Shown in pieces: positions 17,337 to 27,197 of a stretch of 64,000 nucleotides of DNA (position 1 is its first letter; every line of letters starts with the position of its first letter). The DNA lies in the NCBI GenBank assembly GCA_016202395.1, contig JACQOV010000095.1, positions 1,335 through 65,334 of the forward strand, in the 5' to 3' direction. Both the position numbers and the translations under genes were made by a program. A model generated the notes under the pieces. That model worked only from the letters and a program-made list of their open reading frames with translations. It had not been told where the DNA came from and ran no database searches. This DNA comes from Deltaproteobacteria bacterium (lineage in GTDB: Bacteria > JACQOV01).

Positions 17337-18903
17337 AAGGTCCTTCGGTAATCACCGGAGTTTTTTCAAAATTATGGACTGGGGGGGGAGAGCTAATTTG
17401 CCACTCCAAAGTTTTTCCGCCCCAGGGGTTATCCGCCGCTTTTTCTTTCTTAAAAAGAGACGCAATAAAATAACCAAACATAAGAAGCATTCCCGCTCCG
17501 ATAAGCCACGATCCCACGGTGGAAACAAGGTTCCAATGAGCATATTGGGGAAGATAATCATGGTAGCGCCGGGGCATCCCATCGCTCCCGAGCCAAAATT
17601 GGGGCAAGAACGTCACGTTGAATCCCACAAAGTTGAAGGCCCAAGAGATTTTTCCCAATGTCTCTGGATACATCTTCCCAAACATTTTCGGCCACCAGTA
17701 ATGAAGCCCCGCGAGCAAGCCCATCACGGTCCCCCCCATCATGACATAATGGAAATGAGCCACCACAAAATAGGTGTCATGAAGATGAACATCGACTGAC
17801 AAGGCCGCTAAGAAAAGCCCTGTGAGCCCTCCGATGGTAAATAGAAAAATGAACGCCAAAGCATAAAGCATGGGGGTTTTCAGTTGGATGGAACCTTTGT
17901 AGAGGGTTGCCGTCCAGTTAAATATTTTAATGGCCGTGGGAACCGCCACGAACATAGTGAGAATGGAGAAAAGGAAATTGGCCAGAGGGGATTGACTGCT
18001 CACAAACATGTGATGTCCCCATACAATAAAACTAATAAAAGCAATCGCCAAGCTGGAGTAGGCAATCGCCTTGTAGCCAAAGATGTGCTTGCGCGAGAAA
18101 ACAGGAATAACTTCCGAGACGATCCCCATGCCAGGCAAAATCATAATGTAGACCGCCGGATGGGAATAGAACCAGAAGAAATGCTGGAAAAGAACCGGAT
18201 CTCCGCCCAGCTTCGGATCAAAAAAACCGACTCCCAAAACGCGTTCCATCACCAAGAGAAGGGTTGTGATGCCGATGACCGGGGTTGCTAGAACTTGGAT
18301 GATGGCGGTGGCATAGATCGCCCAGATAAAGAGAGGCATCCGATAAAAAGTCATCCCTGGAGCGCGCAATTTGTGAACGGTTGTCATAAAGTTCAGCCCC
18401 GTCAAGATTCCGGAAAATCCCATCACAAAAACACCCAAGGTCGCTAAAACCACGCTCGTTGCCGTTCGAATGCTATAGGGGGTGTAAAAAGTCCAACCGG
18501 TATCGACCCCACCGGTCAACAGGGAAAGAATCAAGAGAGTGGCCCCTCCAACAAAGATGTAATAACTTGCGAGATTCAGACGAGGAAAAGCCACGTCCTT
18601 GGCGCCGATATGGATGGGGAGGAAAAAGTTCCCCAGAGCGGCAGGGATATTGGGAATAATAAACATAAAGATCATGATCGCGCCATGGAGGGTAAAGAAT
18701 TTGTTGTAGAGATCGGGGCTAAAGAGAGGGCCGGGCTGGAGCAGTTCCAATCGAACCAGGAGACCAAAGATCCCCCCCACCGCAAAAAAGAACATCGTGG
18801 TAAAGAGGTACATGATTCCGATCCGCTTGTGATCCAACGTAGTGAACCACGATTTCACTCCGCCTTCTTCTAAATAACTTTTATGATGTGAATGTTCAGC
18901 CAT
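17317..18903 (-). CDS. coxA: cytochrome c oxidase subunit I
   Basis: 528 aa. Heme-copper oxidase His ligands (WGHHMF, HFHYVM) and GHPEVY-like [13 protein letters not shown]. Confidence 0.95.
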
Positions 18904-18913
18904 CGTTGAATCT

Positions 18914-19906
18914 CTATTTCAAACTTTTTACGTACGCCACCAATGCATTCACTTCCTCGTCTGTCAACACTCCGCGAAATGTGGGCATCAGAGGAGGGAA
19001 TCCCTTGACTAATTTCAGTTGAGGATCCATCAGGGATTCTCTTAAATAATTCTCATCAACAACCACCTTCGATCCATCCGCCAGTGTTTCCTGTTTTCCA
19101 AAAATCCCAAACAGGCTCGGCCCCACCAATATCTTCCCCTTCTCTACCGCGTGACAAGCCATGCACCCTTTTTGAGTAAAGACCTGTCTTCCCTTCTCTG
19201 CCAGATTGACGGCCAAGTGGACTGAATGGGCGGCCCCTTTTTTACCACCTGTGGTCGCAGCAACTTGCGCTTGCCCCCCTTCTGCCTGCCACCGCGCGTA
19301 TTCTTCAGGCTCAAGAACCTTCACTTTTGCAAACATCTGCGCATGAGCGGTCCCGCAGTATTCGGCGCAGAAGACCTGGTGTTCACCGGCCTCCGTTGCC
19401 TCAAACCAAAGCTTCGTATAGGCCCCGGGAACCAGGTCTTGTTTGAGACGGAAGTCGGGGACATAAAAACTATGGAGCACATCGGCCGACGTCATAATCA
19501 ATTGAACCGGTTTCCCCTTAGGAACAACCAGTTCATTGACCAACGTTCTTCCATTATCATATTCCACTTGCCAGAGCCACTGTCGACCTAAGATTTGTAT
19601 CTCCAGGGCCTCTGCTGGACTCTGGATAATCTCTTTATAACCTATCCAACCCCAAGCGAAAATCGCCATGACAACAGCCAAAAGCCCAACGGCAACGGCA
19701 TTCTCCGCCACCGAATGCCCTGTAATGTAGGGGGTTTTATCCGATTCGGTTCGACGTCGATATCGAAAAACAAAATAGATCAGAGCCCCAATCACTGCCA
19801 CAAAACTAATGAGACTGATCCAAAGGATAAAATCATAAAGAACATCAACCTTTGGAGCTAGCGTAGAAGCTTGAGGTAATGACGAGCGACTAAGTAACCG
19901 AAACAT
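18914..19906 (-). CDS. coxB: cytochrome c oxidase subunit II with fused C-terminal cytochrome c domain (caa3-type)
   Basis: CuA site (HSFYVPDF...[12 protein letters not shown]) and a C-terminal CMACH heme c motif. Confidence 0.9.
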   Translation of the reverse strand: MFRLLSRSSLPQASTLAPKVDVLYDFILWISLISFVAVIGALIYFVFRYRRRTESDKTPYITGHSVAENAVAVGLLAVVMAIFAWGWIGYKEIIQSPAEALEIQILGRQWLWQVEYDNGRTLVNELVVPKGKPVQLIMTSADVLHSFYVPDFRLKQDLVPGAYTKLWFEATEAGEHQVFCAEYCGTAHAQMFAKVKVLEPEEYARWQAEGGQAQVAATTGGKKGAAHSVHLAVNLAEKGRQVFTQKGCMACHAVEKGKILVGPSLFGIFGKQETLADGSKVVVDENYLRESLMDPQLKLVKGFPPLMPTFRGVLTDEEVNALVAYVKSLK

Positions 19907-20774
19907 TTTCCTTCCTTCGATGTTGAATCCCTAAATAGAATAAAAAAGCAATGATTCCAACCACGGTGGCTCCCCCCGCAATTTTCATAAGGTTTGTAGC
20001 GAACAAGGCGTACCTTCGCCCCTTGGGATCGTAGTGATAGCAGAACAGAAGAAACTTATCAACAGGATTTCCAATCTTTCCTTGGGATGCCTCCAGCAAC
20101 GCCAACTTGAGATCCCGAGGAGGGTAATCGATCCCATAAAGATAGCGGGAGATCTCCCCCTGTGGAGTGAGCACAAAGACTGCGGCCGCGTGAGCGTACT
20201 GTTTTTGATCCTCATCGTATCGGTACCGAAACCCGATCTCCTGCGCGAGTTGACGAACATGGGACTCGGATCCCGTTAGAAAGTGCCATCCCTCTCTCGC
20301 TTCCGAGCGCTTGTAGAGTTTTAGATAGGCCTCTTTCTTTGTGGCGGCTAACTCAGGCCCCTCTCGAGGATCGATGCTCACAGTCACGATCTGAAACTCA
20401 TCCCCCGCAGTCCACCTCAAACCGGTGAGCCCTTCGGTGAAGCCGTTCAGAAGGAAATTGCAAAGGTTGGGGCATTCGTAGTAGACAAGATTTAAGAGAA
20501 CGGGATGCTCTCCATCAAAAAAGGCCCGTAGTGGAACTGGCGCCCCTGTTTCGTCAACAAATTCCAAGTCAAGAGAGATCGCATCCCCTAGATTTTCCTC
20601 AATTCCAACCTCCTGCAACTCCACAGGAACCGGCTCGGCAGCGTGGGAGAGACTCCATCCTCCTAAAAACATACATAGAATAAATCCCGTACCTCTCGTA
20701 AGAAGGGTCCGAACCATAGTCATGGAGTTACCATGATCCCCCAAAGGGGTCAAGCTTGCAATTTCAGACGGCAT
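19890..20774 (-). CDS. SCO1/SenC family copper chaperone / thiol-disulfide oxidoreductase
   Basis: CPNLC motif in a thioredoxin-like fold with an N-terminal TM segment. Upstream of coxB. Confidence 0.8.
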   Translation of the reverse strand: MPSEIASLTPLGDHGNSMTMVRTLLTRGTGFILCMFLGGWSLSHAAEPVPVELQEVGIEENLGDAISLDLEFVDETGAPVPLRAFFDGEHPVLLNLVYYECPNLCNFLLNGFTEGLTGLRWTAGDEFQIVTVSIDPREGPELAATKKEAYLKLYKRSEAREGWHFLTGSESHVRQLAQEIGFRYRYDEDQKQYAHAAAVFVLTPQGEISRYLYGIDYPPRDLKLALLEASQGKIGNPVDKFLLFCYHYDPKGRRYALFATNLMKIAGGATVVGIIAFLFYLGIQHRRKENVSVT

Positions 20775-20830
20775 TCGATACCAATAATTTGGGGATGAGG
20801 TACGCCCTAAACCCTAATCCCTTGGGAGTT

Positions 20831-20907
20831 GCGCCGTTAGCTCAGCTGGATAGAGCATCAGACTTCGAATCTGAGGGTCGGGGGTTCGAATCCCTCACGG
20901 CGCACCA
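20831..20907 (+). tRNA. tRNA-Arg (anticodon TCG) with encoded CCA
   Basis: GCGCCGT-TA-GCTC-AGCTGGATA-GAGC-A-TCAGA-CTTCGAA-TCTGA-GGGTC-GGGGG-TTCGAAT-CCCTC-ACGGCGC-A-CCA. Confidence 0.85.
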
Positions 20908-20949
20908 TGGTTTTTCGCTAAAATAACCAAAGAAATCCTTAGGAGTGCC

Positions 20950-21873
20950 TTATCTTTTCTCAAGAGCTGCCTTAAGCTTTCCCAATTGTTTTTTTCTCTT
21001 TTCCTTCTCCATTTTCTGAATATTTTGACATTTCCATCGGAGAGCAGGCAGGCTCTCGATACCCTGAGCGTCGATCAAATTCCACCTTGGCTCTCCTTCA
21101 TTTACAGAAAGAAGAAACTCCTTTTCGCTGTTTGAGAGTTTATCCCTTATCAACCCGGGTAGTTTCCTCTGGCATTTCATCAAATTCTCACATGAAAGAA
21201 CCATCTCCGTCATGCCACGAAAGCTGCTTTCATATTCCTTCCGAATGTCTTTACTATTCGGATCAAGTAATTCATGGATCGGACGATCGTGCCCTGCAAG
21301 ATAAATAACAAAGGCTTTTAGTATCTCTTCAGTGATCCCTTCATGCTTAAGAAGTATCATAACATCAAATAGATCGCGGGGATGCTGGCGATCAAGGGCC
21401 GCACAGAGTTTACCCGCATAAAGTTCGGGAACCGAAAGAATGTTGCTTGTCACAGACAATTCAAATTTATCCTGAGCTGTTTTTACCAATGAGCGTTTTT
21501 CCGGAGGAAAAACAGAGCCACGAAAAACAATATTGGGCTCAATCTTAACAATGCCTTCCCCCGATTTAACGACGACTTTATTTATGAATTCTACACCTTT
21601 TTCCTGTTTCTTTACCAATTGAATTGTGCAATGCATCTTCTCTTTTATTTCATTTGCTATTCGATGGAGTGCCTCTCCAATATTTTTCAAAGAATCCTCC
21701 CACCTCTCAAGGTGAAGATAGGTAAGATCGATATCAATAGAGATGCGCGGCATCTCCCTAACGAAAAAATTAATGGCCGTTCCGCCTTTCAAAGCAAAAC
21801 AATTTTCACTTGCAACGTAGGGCAAAATACGCAACATAAGCCTCGCCTGATTGAGGTAAGTATTACTATTCAT
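20950..21873 (-). CDS. nucleotidyltransferase toxin of the AbiEii/AbiGii family (type IV TA / abortive infection)
   Basis: 307 aa. N-terminal FALKGGTAINFF followed by DIDL(TY), a pol-beta-like NTase motif typical of AbiEii (DUF1814). Confidence 0.8.
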   Translation of the reverse strand: MNSNTYLNQARLMLRILPYVASENCFALKGGTAINFFVREMPRISIDIDLTYLHLERWEDSLKNIGEALHRIANEIKEKMHCTIQLVKKQEKGVEFINKVVVKSGEGIVKIEPNIVFRGSVFPPEKRSLVKTAQDKFELSVTSNILSVPELYAGKLCAALDRQHPRDLFDVMILLKHEGITEEILKAFVIYLAGHDRPIHELLDPNSKDIRKEYESSFRGMTEMVLSCENLMKCQRKLPGLIRDKLSNSEKEFLLSVNEGEPRWNLIDAQGIESLPALRWKCQNIQKMEKEKRKKQLGKLKAALEKR

Positions 21874-23489
21874 GCTTCTAACTCTTTTGTCCTGTACCGT
21901 TTTATATCTTCAAGATGCCACGGTGTAAATGTTGCTAAAATAATCTCTGAGACTTCTTTGAGCCATTCTGATGGTTTCTTTTCATAAATTCCGGGGTCGA
22001 ACATGTCAAGGATATTCTTTTGTTCATCTGTATTTCCAAACCAGTCACAGGGATGGTGAAGATAATTCCTCTCGAACATCTTTCTTCTAGAAGACAACTC
22101 ATCAAACACAATCCACACTTGCCTCGTATCGTACGGATAATGGCTGAGTTGCATAGCGGCTTCTGCAATCCTCCCATAATAGTAATTGATGAAAGAAGAA
22201 TCATCGTGGCGCCTAATTTCCGGGATGTCTGTCTTCAATTGTTTTACGCTAAGTTCTAAGTCCTCGGGCGATTGGCCAATATATTTTACCTCAACGTTCC
22301 AACGCTTATCGGCCTCTTGGTAATCAATGTCAGGTGACTTGTTGCCCCAAGCTTCAAGATCAAGTATCCTTGCGCCTTCCTGTCTAAGACGCTGAGCCAC
22401 AACAAGTTCGATTAAAGCCGCTAATGTATTGTTTGACGCCCTGCGCTGTCTCTTTAGATCGTGCTCTGGCACATGCCGTAACCAATTTTCTTTAAGCCTG
22501 TTCCTGAAATCCTTTGAACCACGCTTTTCAATATTAAATTTCTTCAAAAGTTGATCAAGGATTAGGAGTTGCTCATTTTCAAATGCCAAATAGAGCATAG
22601 ATCCAAAATAACCATGCTCTCTACCATACGTCAGTTGTATATCTTTTTCAGGACACATCAAACGTATAGCAACAGATCTCTTCCGTTTATTTTGCAATAT
22701 GCGCATCTGACGTCTGGAATCTACAAAAGGCTCACAAGGTACTGTAATATTATAAATCGGATCGAGTCTTCCTCCTTTCACAATGACACGTTTTCCTTTC
22801 CCAAAATTAACTTGGTTTAGATCCAACTGATTGACCCATTCATGTTTACATTCTTCAGCTAGAAACATAAAAAGACGCGCAACCTTTACGGATCGACATT
22901 TTTCCAAAAGTGTTTGTACAAGTTTGGGTCTAAGCGTGGTCAGCCCTTCCATCAAGAGTCTCGCAGTTTCAAAAGACTCATCCTCAGGTACAAAGTGAAG
23001 AACCTCCATGATTGCTCTTTCGGGCGATGAAATAGTAATAGTATATGTGCCTAAATCCTCTGTCGTGAAGCCTCTTCTAATATTTGGATCAAAAAGTCGA
23101 AGTGCAACATAGTGGATATCTGTACCCCAATTGTACATTATGAACCACCGTGGAAGTTTTACACATGGTGCGCCAAAAAGTGTAACATCCCCCTCTTTCA
23201 AAGGAAGAAAGTGAGCCAAACCCTGACGCTGTAGTGCCGTCTTACCACCAACGTGTATAGGCAACCCCATTTGCTGTTGAATGGCACAAAGTCCACCGGT
23301 CCATGAAACATCGTCACTTACGCGGGCAAAGGCTCCGCGACCGATTTTCTCGAGCCAACCGGACCGGTAATAAACATCTGCAAGCTGCCGATAGATGCCG
23401 TTCTTGGACAACCACGGCTGAGTAACAACGCACTGCTGAGAAATTTTTTGCAACAATTGGTTTAATTTATTCTTGTTACGACCTTTCAT
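21870..23489 (-). CDS. AbiEi-like antitoxin/transcriptional regulator with a long C-terminal extension carrying a PD-(D/E)xK-like motif
   Basis: 539 aa. The N-terminus (LNQLLQKIS..VVTQPWLSKNGIYRQLADVYYRSGWLEKIGRGAFARV) is AbiEi wHTH-like. The C-terminal region has ...SPDIDYQEADKRWNVEVKY (PD...E-V-K). Its stop overlaps the AbiEii start. Confidence 0.65.
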   Translation of the reverse strand: MKGRNKNKLNQLLQKISQQCVVTQPWLSKNGIYRQLADVYYRSGWLEKIGRGAFARVSDDVSWTGGLCAIQQQMGLPIHVGGKTALQRQGLAHFLPLKEGDVTLFGAPCVKLPRWFIMYNWGTDIHYVALRLFDPNIRRGFTTEDLGTYTITISSPERAIMEVLHFVPEDESFETARLLMEGLTTLRPKLVQTLLEKCRSVKVARLFMFLAEECKHEWVNQLDLNQVNFGKGKRVIVKGGRLDPIYNITVPCEPFVDSRRQMRILQNKRKRSVAIRLMCPEKDIQLTYGREHGYFGSMLYLAFENEQLLILDQLLKKFNIEKRGSKDFRNRLKENWLRHVPEHDLKRQRRASNNTLAALIELVVAQRLRQEGARILDLEAWGNKSPDIDYQEADKRWNVEVKYIGQSPEDLELSVKQLKTDIPEIRRHDDSSFINYYYGRIAEAAMQLSHYPYDTRQVWIVFDELSSRRKMFERNYLHHPCDWFGNTDEQKNILDMFDPGIYEKKPSEWLKEVSEIILATFTPWHLEDIKRYRTKELEA

Positions 23490-23735
23490 GATTTACATAT
23501 TACAATAACAATAAACTAATTACAAGGTTTATTATAAGTTTAAAAAGTCCATTAAAAATGGACATTAATTAAAAATAATAAACCTTGTTTTGTTATTTTA
23601 AGGATTGGTAAAAAGAACCATGCGAATATCAGTCAAGTTTCTGGTAAAGTTGAATTTGACAGGCAGCCTTGCAAACAAAACGAACGTTTTGTAGTATTTA
23701 TAAATCGGGCTTACGTACACTCAATACTTTGTAAT
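23490..23735. promoter_or_regulatory. Extremely AT-rich leader with nested inverted repeats (ACAAGGTTTATT / AATAAACCTTGT flanking GTCCATTAAAAATGGAC), upstream of the AbiEi-like gene and next to tRNA-His
   Basis: Inverted repeats read directly at about 23516-23528, 23551-23567 and 23578-23592. Likely operator/promoter or recombination site. Confidence 0.45.
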
Positions 23736-23807
23736 GGTGGCTATGGTGTAAGGGCAGCACGAGAGACTGTGGCTCTCTGAGTACGGGTTCGAATCCCGTT
23801 AGCCACC
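23736..23807 (+). tRNA. tRNA-His (anticodon GTG) with encoded G-1
   Basis: G(-1)-GTGGCTA-TG-GTGT-AAGGGCA-GCAC-G-AGAGA-CTGTGGC-TCTCT-GAGT-ACGGG-TTCGAAT-CCCGT-TAGCCAC-C73. Confidence 0.85.
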
Positions 23808-23898
23808 CTTTAAATTCCCGCCGGTGGGAATTTAACCCTGAGGTTTAGGCAGTTCATTTGCGTCTTGTGTAAAACGAATAAGTGTTTAGGCGAGGAGC

Positions 23899-24402
23899 GT
23901 GCTTAGGGGTGAAGGCCTAGAGCTAAATATGAAATCAAGAATTAAAAGAATTATAGCAAGAGAGGGGTTAATAATAATTTCTTTAGCTATTCTTGCCACA
24001 GTTTGTATTTTCTTGTCTGATTGGCAATCAGCACATATTTCAAAACCGATAGTAATTAGTCAAAGGGAACTACAGCCTATTCTAGACTTAGTAAAAAGAA
24101 TTGATAAGAAACATATTATTTGCCCAAGTGGATATAAAATTGAATTTGAGTCTTCGCCAGACAACCAAGATATTTATTGGGCGTGCCAGAATGCTAAATC
24201 AGACGGGTCGGTTAATGATTTAAGTAAAATGTCAGATAAAGAGTTGCTTGATCTGGCTGAAATCCCAATAGAGGAAAGACCCTTGGTACAAAGAATCGAT
24301 TTTTCGGCATGGGGAATGAGTTTCCTTTTAGTTGTATATCCGGCATACCTGTTGTTCCGTTTTATTTTTTGGGCCATTAGAACGCTAAGACAGAAAGGGT
24401 AA
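23899..24402 (+). CDS. hypothetical small membrane protein (AT-rich)
   Basis: 167 aa with an N-terminal TM and a C-terminal TM. No motif. Confidence 0.4.
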   Translation: MLRGEGLELNMKSRIKRIIAREGLIIISLAILATVCIFLSDWQSAHISKPIVISQRELQPILDLVKRIDKKHIICPSGYKIEFESSPDNQDIYWACQNAKSDGSVNDLSKMSDKELLDLAEIPIEERPLVQRIDFSAWGMSFLLVVYPAYLLFRFIFWAIRTLRQKG

Positions 24403-24434
24403 CAGAAAATCAAGGCAAACGGCGGGTCAATACC

Positions 24435-25601
24435 ATGAAACAGATGGATCTCGATTTTTTGGATCTCAATAGCTTTCTTACCAACGAAGAGCGGGTTTTG
24501 CGAGACACTGTCCAAGGGTTTGTAACTCAAAAAGTTCTCCCCACCATCGAAGAGCACTATCAGAACGGCACTTTCCCTGCGCATCTTATCCGCGAGATGG
24601 GAGAGCTTGGATTCCTTGGCGCGAATCTTAAAGGATACGGTTGCGCCGATGTGAGTCCGCTGGCCTATGGGCTGCTCAGTCAAGAGCTCGAGGCCGGGGA
24701 TGCTGGAATACGGAGTTTCGTCTCGGTCCAAAGTTCGCTCGCCATGTACGCCATCCATACTTTTGGGAATGAAGAACAGCGGCAGCAATGGCTTCCTCCT
24801 ATGGCTAAGGGGGAAAAGATCGGCTGCTTTGGCTTGACGGAGCCTGATTTTGGGTCCAACCCTTCTGGGATGCGCACTCGAGCGGAAAAAACCGGCCGAG
24901 GCTATGTGCTCCATGGCGCGAAGATGTGGATCACCAATGGATCGATTGCCGATGTTGCGGTGGTGTGGGCAAAACTCGATGGCGTGATCCGCGGTTTTTT
25001 GGTGGAGAAAGGAACCCCTGGCTTCAAGACGCAAGAGATGAAACAGAAGCATTCGTTCCGTGCCTCCAACACCTCGGAACTCCTCTTCGACCGCTGTGAG
25101 ATCCCCAAAGAGAATCTCCTTTCTAAAACGGATGGACTGCTCTCTCCCCTCTCCTGTTTGAATCAAGGACGATTCGGTGTCGCTTGGGGAGCCTTGGGGG
25201 CCGCCACGGTTTGTTACAACGTTGCGAAGGATTACGCCCTTTCCCGAAAACAATTTAACGACCGACCTATTGCCTCGCATCAACTCGTTCAAGAAAAACT
25301 AGCGGAGATGCTCACGGAAATCACCAAAGCGCAGCTTTTGTCGCTTCGGGTCACGCAACTCAAAACCGAGGGGAAAGCCCAACACGTCCACATCTCGATG
25401 ATGAAGATGAATAACACTCAAATGGCGCTTCATGTCGCGCGAACGGCGCGCTTCATCTTGGGTGGAAGCGGCATCATGAGCGAATACCCGGTCATGCGAC
25501 ACATGTGCAATCTGGAAACAACCGTCACTTACGAAGGAACCAACGATATTCAGAAGCTGATCCTCGGAAAAGAAATCACCGGGATCCAAGCATTCTATTA
25601 A
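24435..25601 (+). CDS. acyl-CoA dehydrogenase (glutaryl-CoA dehydrogenase-like)
   Basis: 388 aa. ACAD fold motifs (GCFGLTEP..GS, WITNG) and a C-terminal YEGTNDIQ. Confidence 0.85.
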   Translation: MKQMDLDFLDLNSFLTNEERVLRDTVQGFVTQKVLPTIEEHYQNGTFPAHLIREMGELGFLGANLKGYGCADVSPLAYGLLSQELEAGDAGIRSFVSVQSSLAMYAIHTFGNEEQRQQWLPPMAKGEKIGCFGLTEPDFGSNPSGMRTRAEKTGRGYVLHGAKMWITNGSIADVAVVWAKLDGVIRGFLVEKGTPGFKTQEMKQKHSFRASNTSELLFDRCEIPKENLLSKTDGLLSPLSCLNQGRFGVAWGALGAATVCYNVAKDYALSRKQFNDRPIASHQLVQEKLAEMLTEITKAQLLSLRVTQLKTEGKAQHVHISMMKMNNTQMALHVARTARFILGGSGIMSEYPVMRHMCNLETTVTYEGTNDIQKLILGKEITGIQAFY

Positions 25602-25631
25602 GGCTATTAAGGCGCCCTCAAGGAGAAAAAC

Positions 25632-26102
25632 ATGCAAACGACAGAAATACTAGCTCCATTGAAGTCCCAAATCGGCCAAGAGGTTCACGTTGGGCCTTGG
25701 CTTACAGTCACGCAAGATCGAATCAATCAATTTGCCGAGGCTACGGAGGACAAGCAATGGATCCATACCGATCCCAAGCGGGCTCAGAAAGAGTCTCCCT
25801 ACGGCAGCACGATCGCTCATGGTTTTTTCACTCTCTCTTTACTCCCATTTCTCATGGGAACAGTGGCTCAAGACAAACCGGATGTCCCAGGAGTTCAATG
25901 GATTGTGAATTACGGATTGAACAAAGTTCGATTCCCAAATCCGGTGAAGGCCGGCTCTAAAATCCGGGCACGAACAGAACTTCAAGAGGTGGAGGAGGTC
26001 GCTGGCGGCGCCCGCGTTTTTAAAAAAGTTACAGTCGAGGTGGAAGGAGAATCTAAACCGGCTTGTGTGGCTGAAACCATCACTCAATACTTTTTTAAAT
26101 GA
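25632..26102 (+). CDS. MaoC-like (R)-hydratase, hot-dog fold
   Basis: 156 aa, MaoC dehydratase signature region (IAHGFFTLSLL). Confidence 0.8.
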   Translation: MQTTEILAPLKSQIGQEVHVGPWLTVTQDRINQFAEATEDKQWIHTDPKRAQKESPYGSTIAHGFFTLSLLPFLMGTVAQDKPDVPGVQWIVNYGLNKVRFPNPVKAGSKIRARTELQEVEEVAGGARVFKKVTVEVEGESKPACVAETITQYFFK

Positions 26103-26512
26103 CGAAATTTCCAGTTAAAACCACCCTGCGAGTGCGATTCGCTGAAACCGATGGGGCGGGGATCGTCTTCCACGGCAACTTCTTTGTTTACTTTGAGGTG
26201 GCCCGTGTGGAGTATGTAAAAAAGTTGGGAATCGACGTCCGGAAATGGGGAGAGGACTTCCAAGCGCTCCTCGCAGAGGTGGGTTGCCGGTTCAAATCGC
26301 CTGTTCGGTTCGAAGATGTGCTAGAGATCTCTATTGGAGTGAGCGAGATTAAAAATCGCTCCTTTCGAATGGAATATCGAATCCACAATCAGGAAACGGG
26401 AACTCTCGTAGCCGAGGGGCACACCGTCCATGTTTGGCTCGACCCCAAAACCTGGAAGCCAATGAAACTCCCTTCAGAACTCATTCAAAAAATCAAAGAG
26501 CTGGAAGAGTGA
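26099..26512 (+). CDS. acyl-CoA thioesterase (YbgC/4HBT family)
   Basis: 137 aa. N-terminal RVRFAETDGAGIVFHGNFFVYFE, typical of the 4HBT family. Confidence 0.8.
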   Translation: MTKFPVKTTLRVRFAETDGAGIVFHGNFFVYFEVARVEYVKKLGIDVRKWGEDFQALLAEVGCRFKSPVRFEDVLEISIGVSEIKNRSFRMEYRIHNQETGTLVAEGHTVHVWLDPKTWKPMKLPSELIQKIKELEE

Positions 26513-27197
26513 TTTGTTGGGCCCAGGGGCAATGGCGACATTTCGGACCCACTTCGGGAGTTTCTTCCTTCGATAAAACATCGACCGCAGAAAGAAAGAT
26601 CTGACGGGCCCGCTCCGGTTCGGTCTGAACCCGGACCGGCTCGGCATGAAAGCGAACCTGCCCTTGATCGGTGCATTCGAGCGGATGAAAAAAGAGGAGA
26701 TAGCCATACGAAAGATGGTTGTAACCGTTCTCTGCCAAAAGCAACGTGTAGGTGTCCAATTGGTTTTGATAATAGGTGTGGGTGTTGTCCCGAATAGGAT
26801 AGCCGCGCGTTTTGTAATCGAGCGGGATGTAGGCATCATCTAAAATGAGACAGTCGTCGAGAGCTCCCATCAAAACCGCTTGAGTGGCGGGATCGGTGTA
26901 TCGAATCCCCTTCTTCCAATTCCTCCAGATCTCGAGAAGCTCTTGATCGGAGACTAATGTCCCTTCGATTTTGCCTCGAAGCTCCGGAGGAAGTATTCCG
27001 GACTGCCGAAAACGATCGAAGTGCTTTTTAATCACCTCATCCATCCCGCTGGGGAGGGTTGGCATGATGTTGGGAGGTCTCTTGATCCCACGGACCTTGT
27101 CGAGCCAAAAACAGCGAGGGCATTCCAAGAATAAACTGATCGAGCTGTAGGATAAAGTAATGGGCTTATTCATCGAGACCTGCAAAGTAAAAACCAA
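26493..27197 (-). CDS. PD-(D/E)xK nuclease superfamily protein (Cas4/DUF83-like, 4-Cys)
   Basis: N-terminal C-x2-C (CPRCFW) and C-terminal C-x2-C (CRHCPW) flank a RecB-like nuclease core (DDCLILDDAYIPLDYKTR). Confidence 0.65.
   Translation of the reverse strand: MVFTLQVSMNKPITLSYSSISLFLECPRCFWLDKVRGIKRPPNIMPTLPSGMDEVIKKHFDRFRQSGILPPELRGKIEGTLVSDQELLEIWRNWKKGIRYTDPATQAVLMGALDDCLILDDAYIPLDYKTRGYPIRDNTHTYYQNQLDTYTLLLAENGYNHLSYGYLLFFHPLECTDQGQVRFHAEPVRVQTEPERARQIFLSAVDVLSKEETPEVGPKCRHCPWAQQITLPAL

Noticed and set aside
20908-23735. Direct repeat of the tRNA-Arg(TCG) or tRNA-His 3' end that would delimit the AbiE patch as an integrated island
   Set aside because: No copy of GGTTCGAATCCCTCACGGCGCACCA or TTCGAATCCCGTTAGCCACC was found by eye between or beyond the two tRNAs. 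Island status rests only on AT-richness and cargo type.
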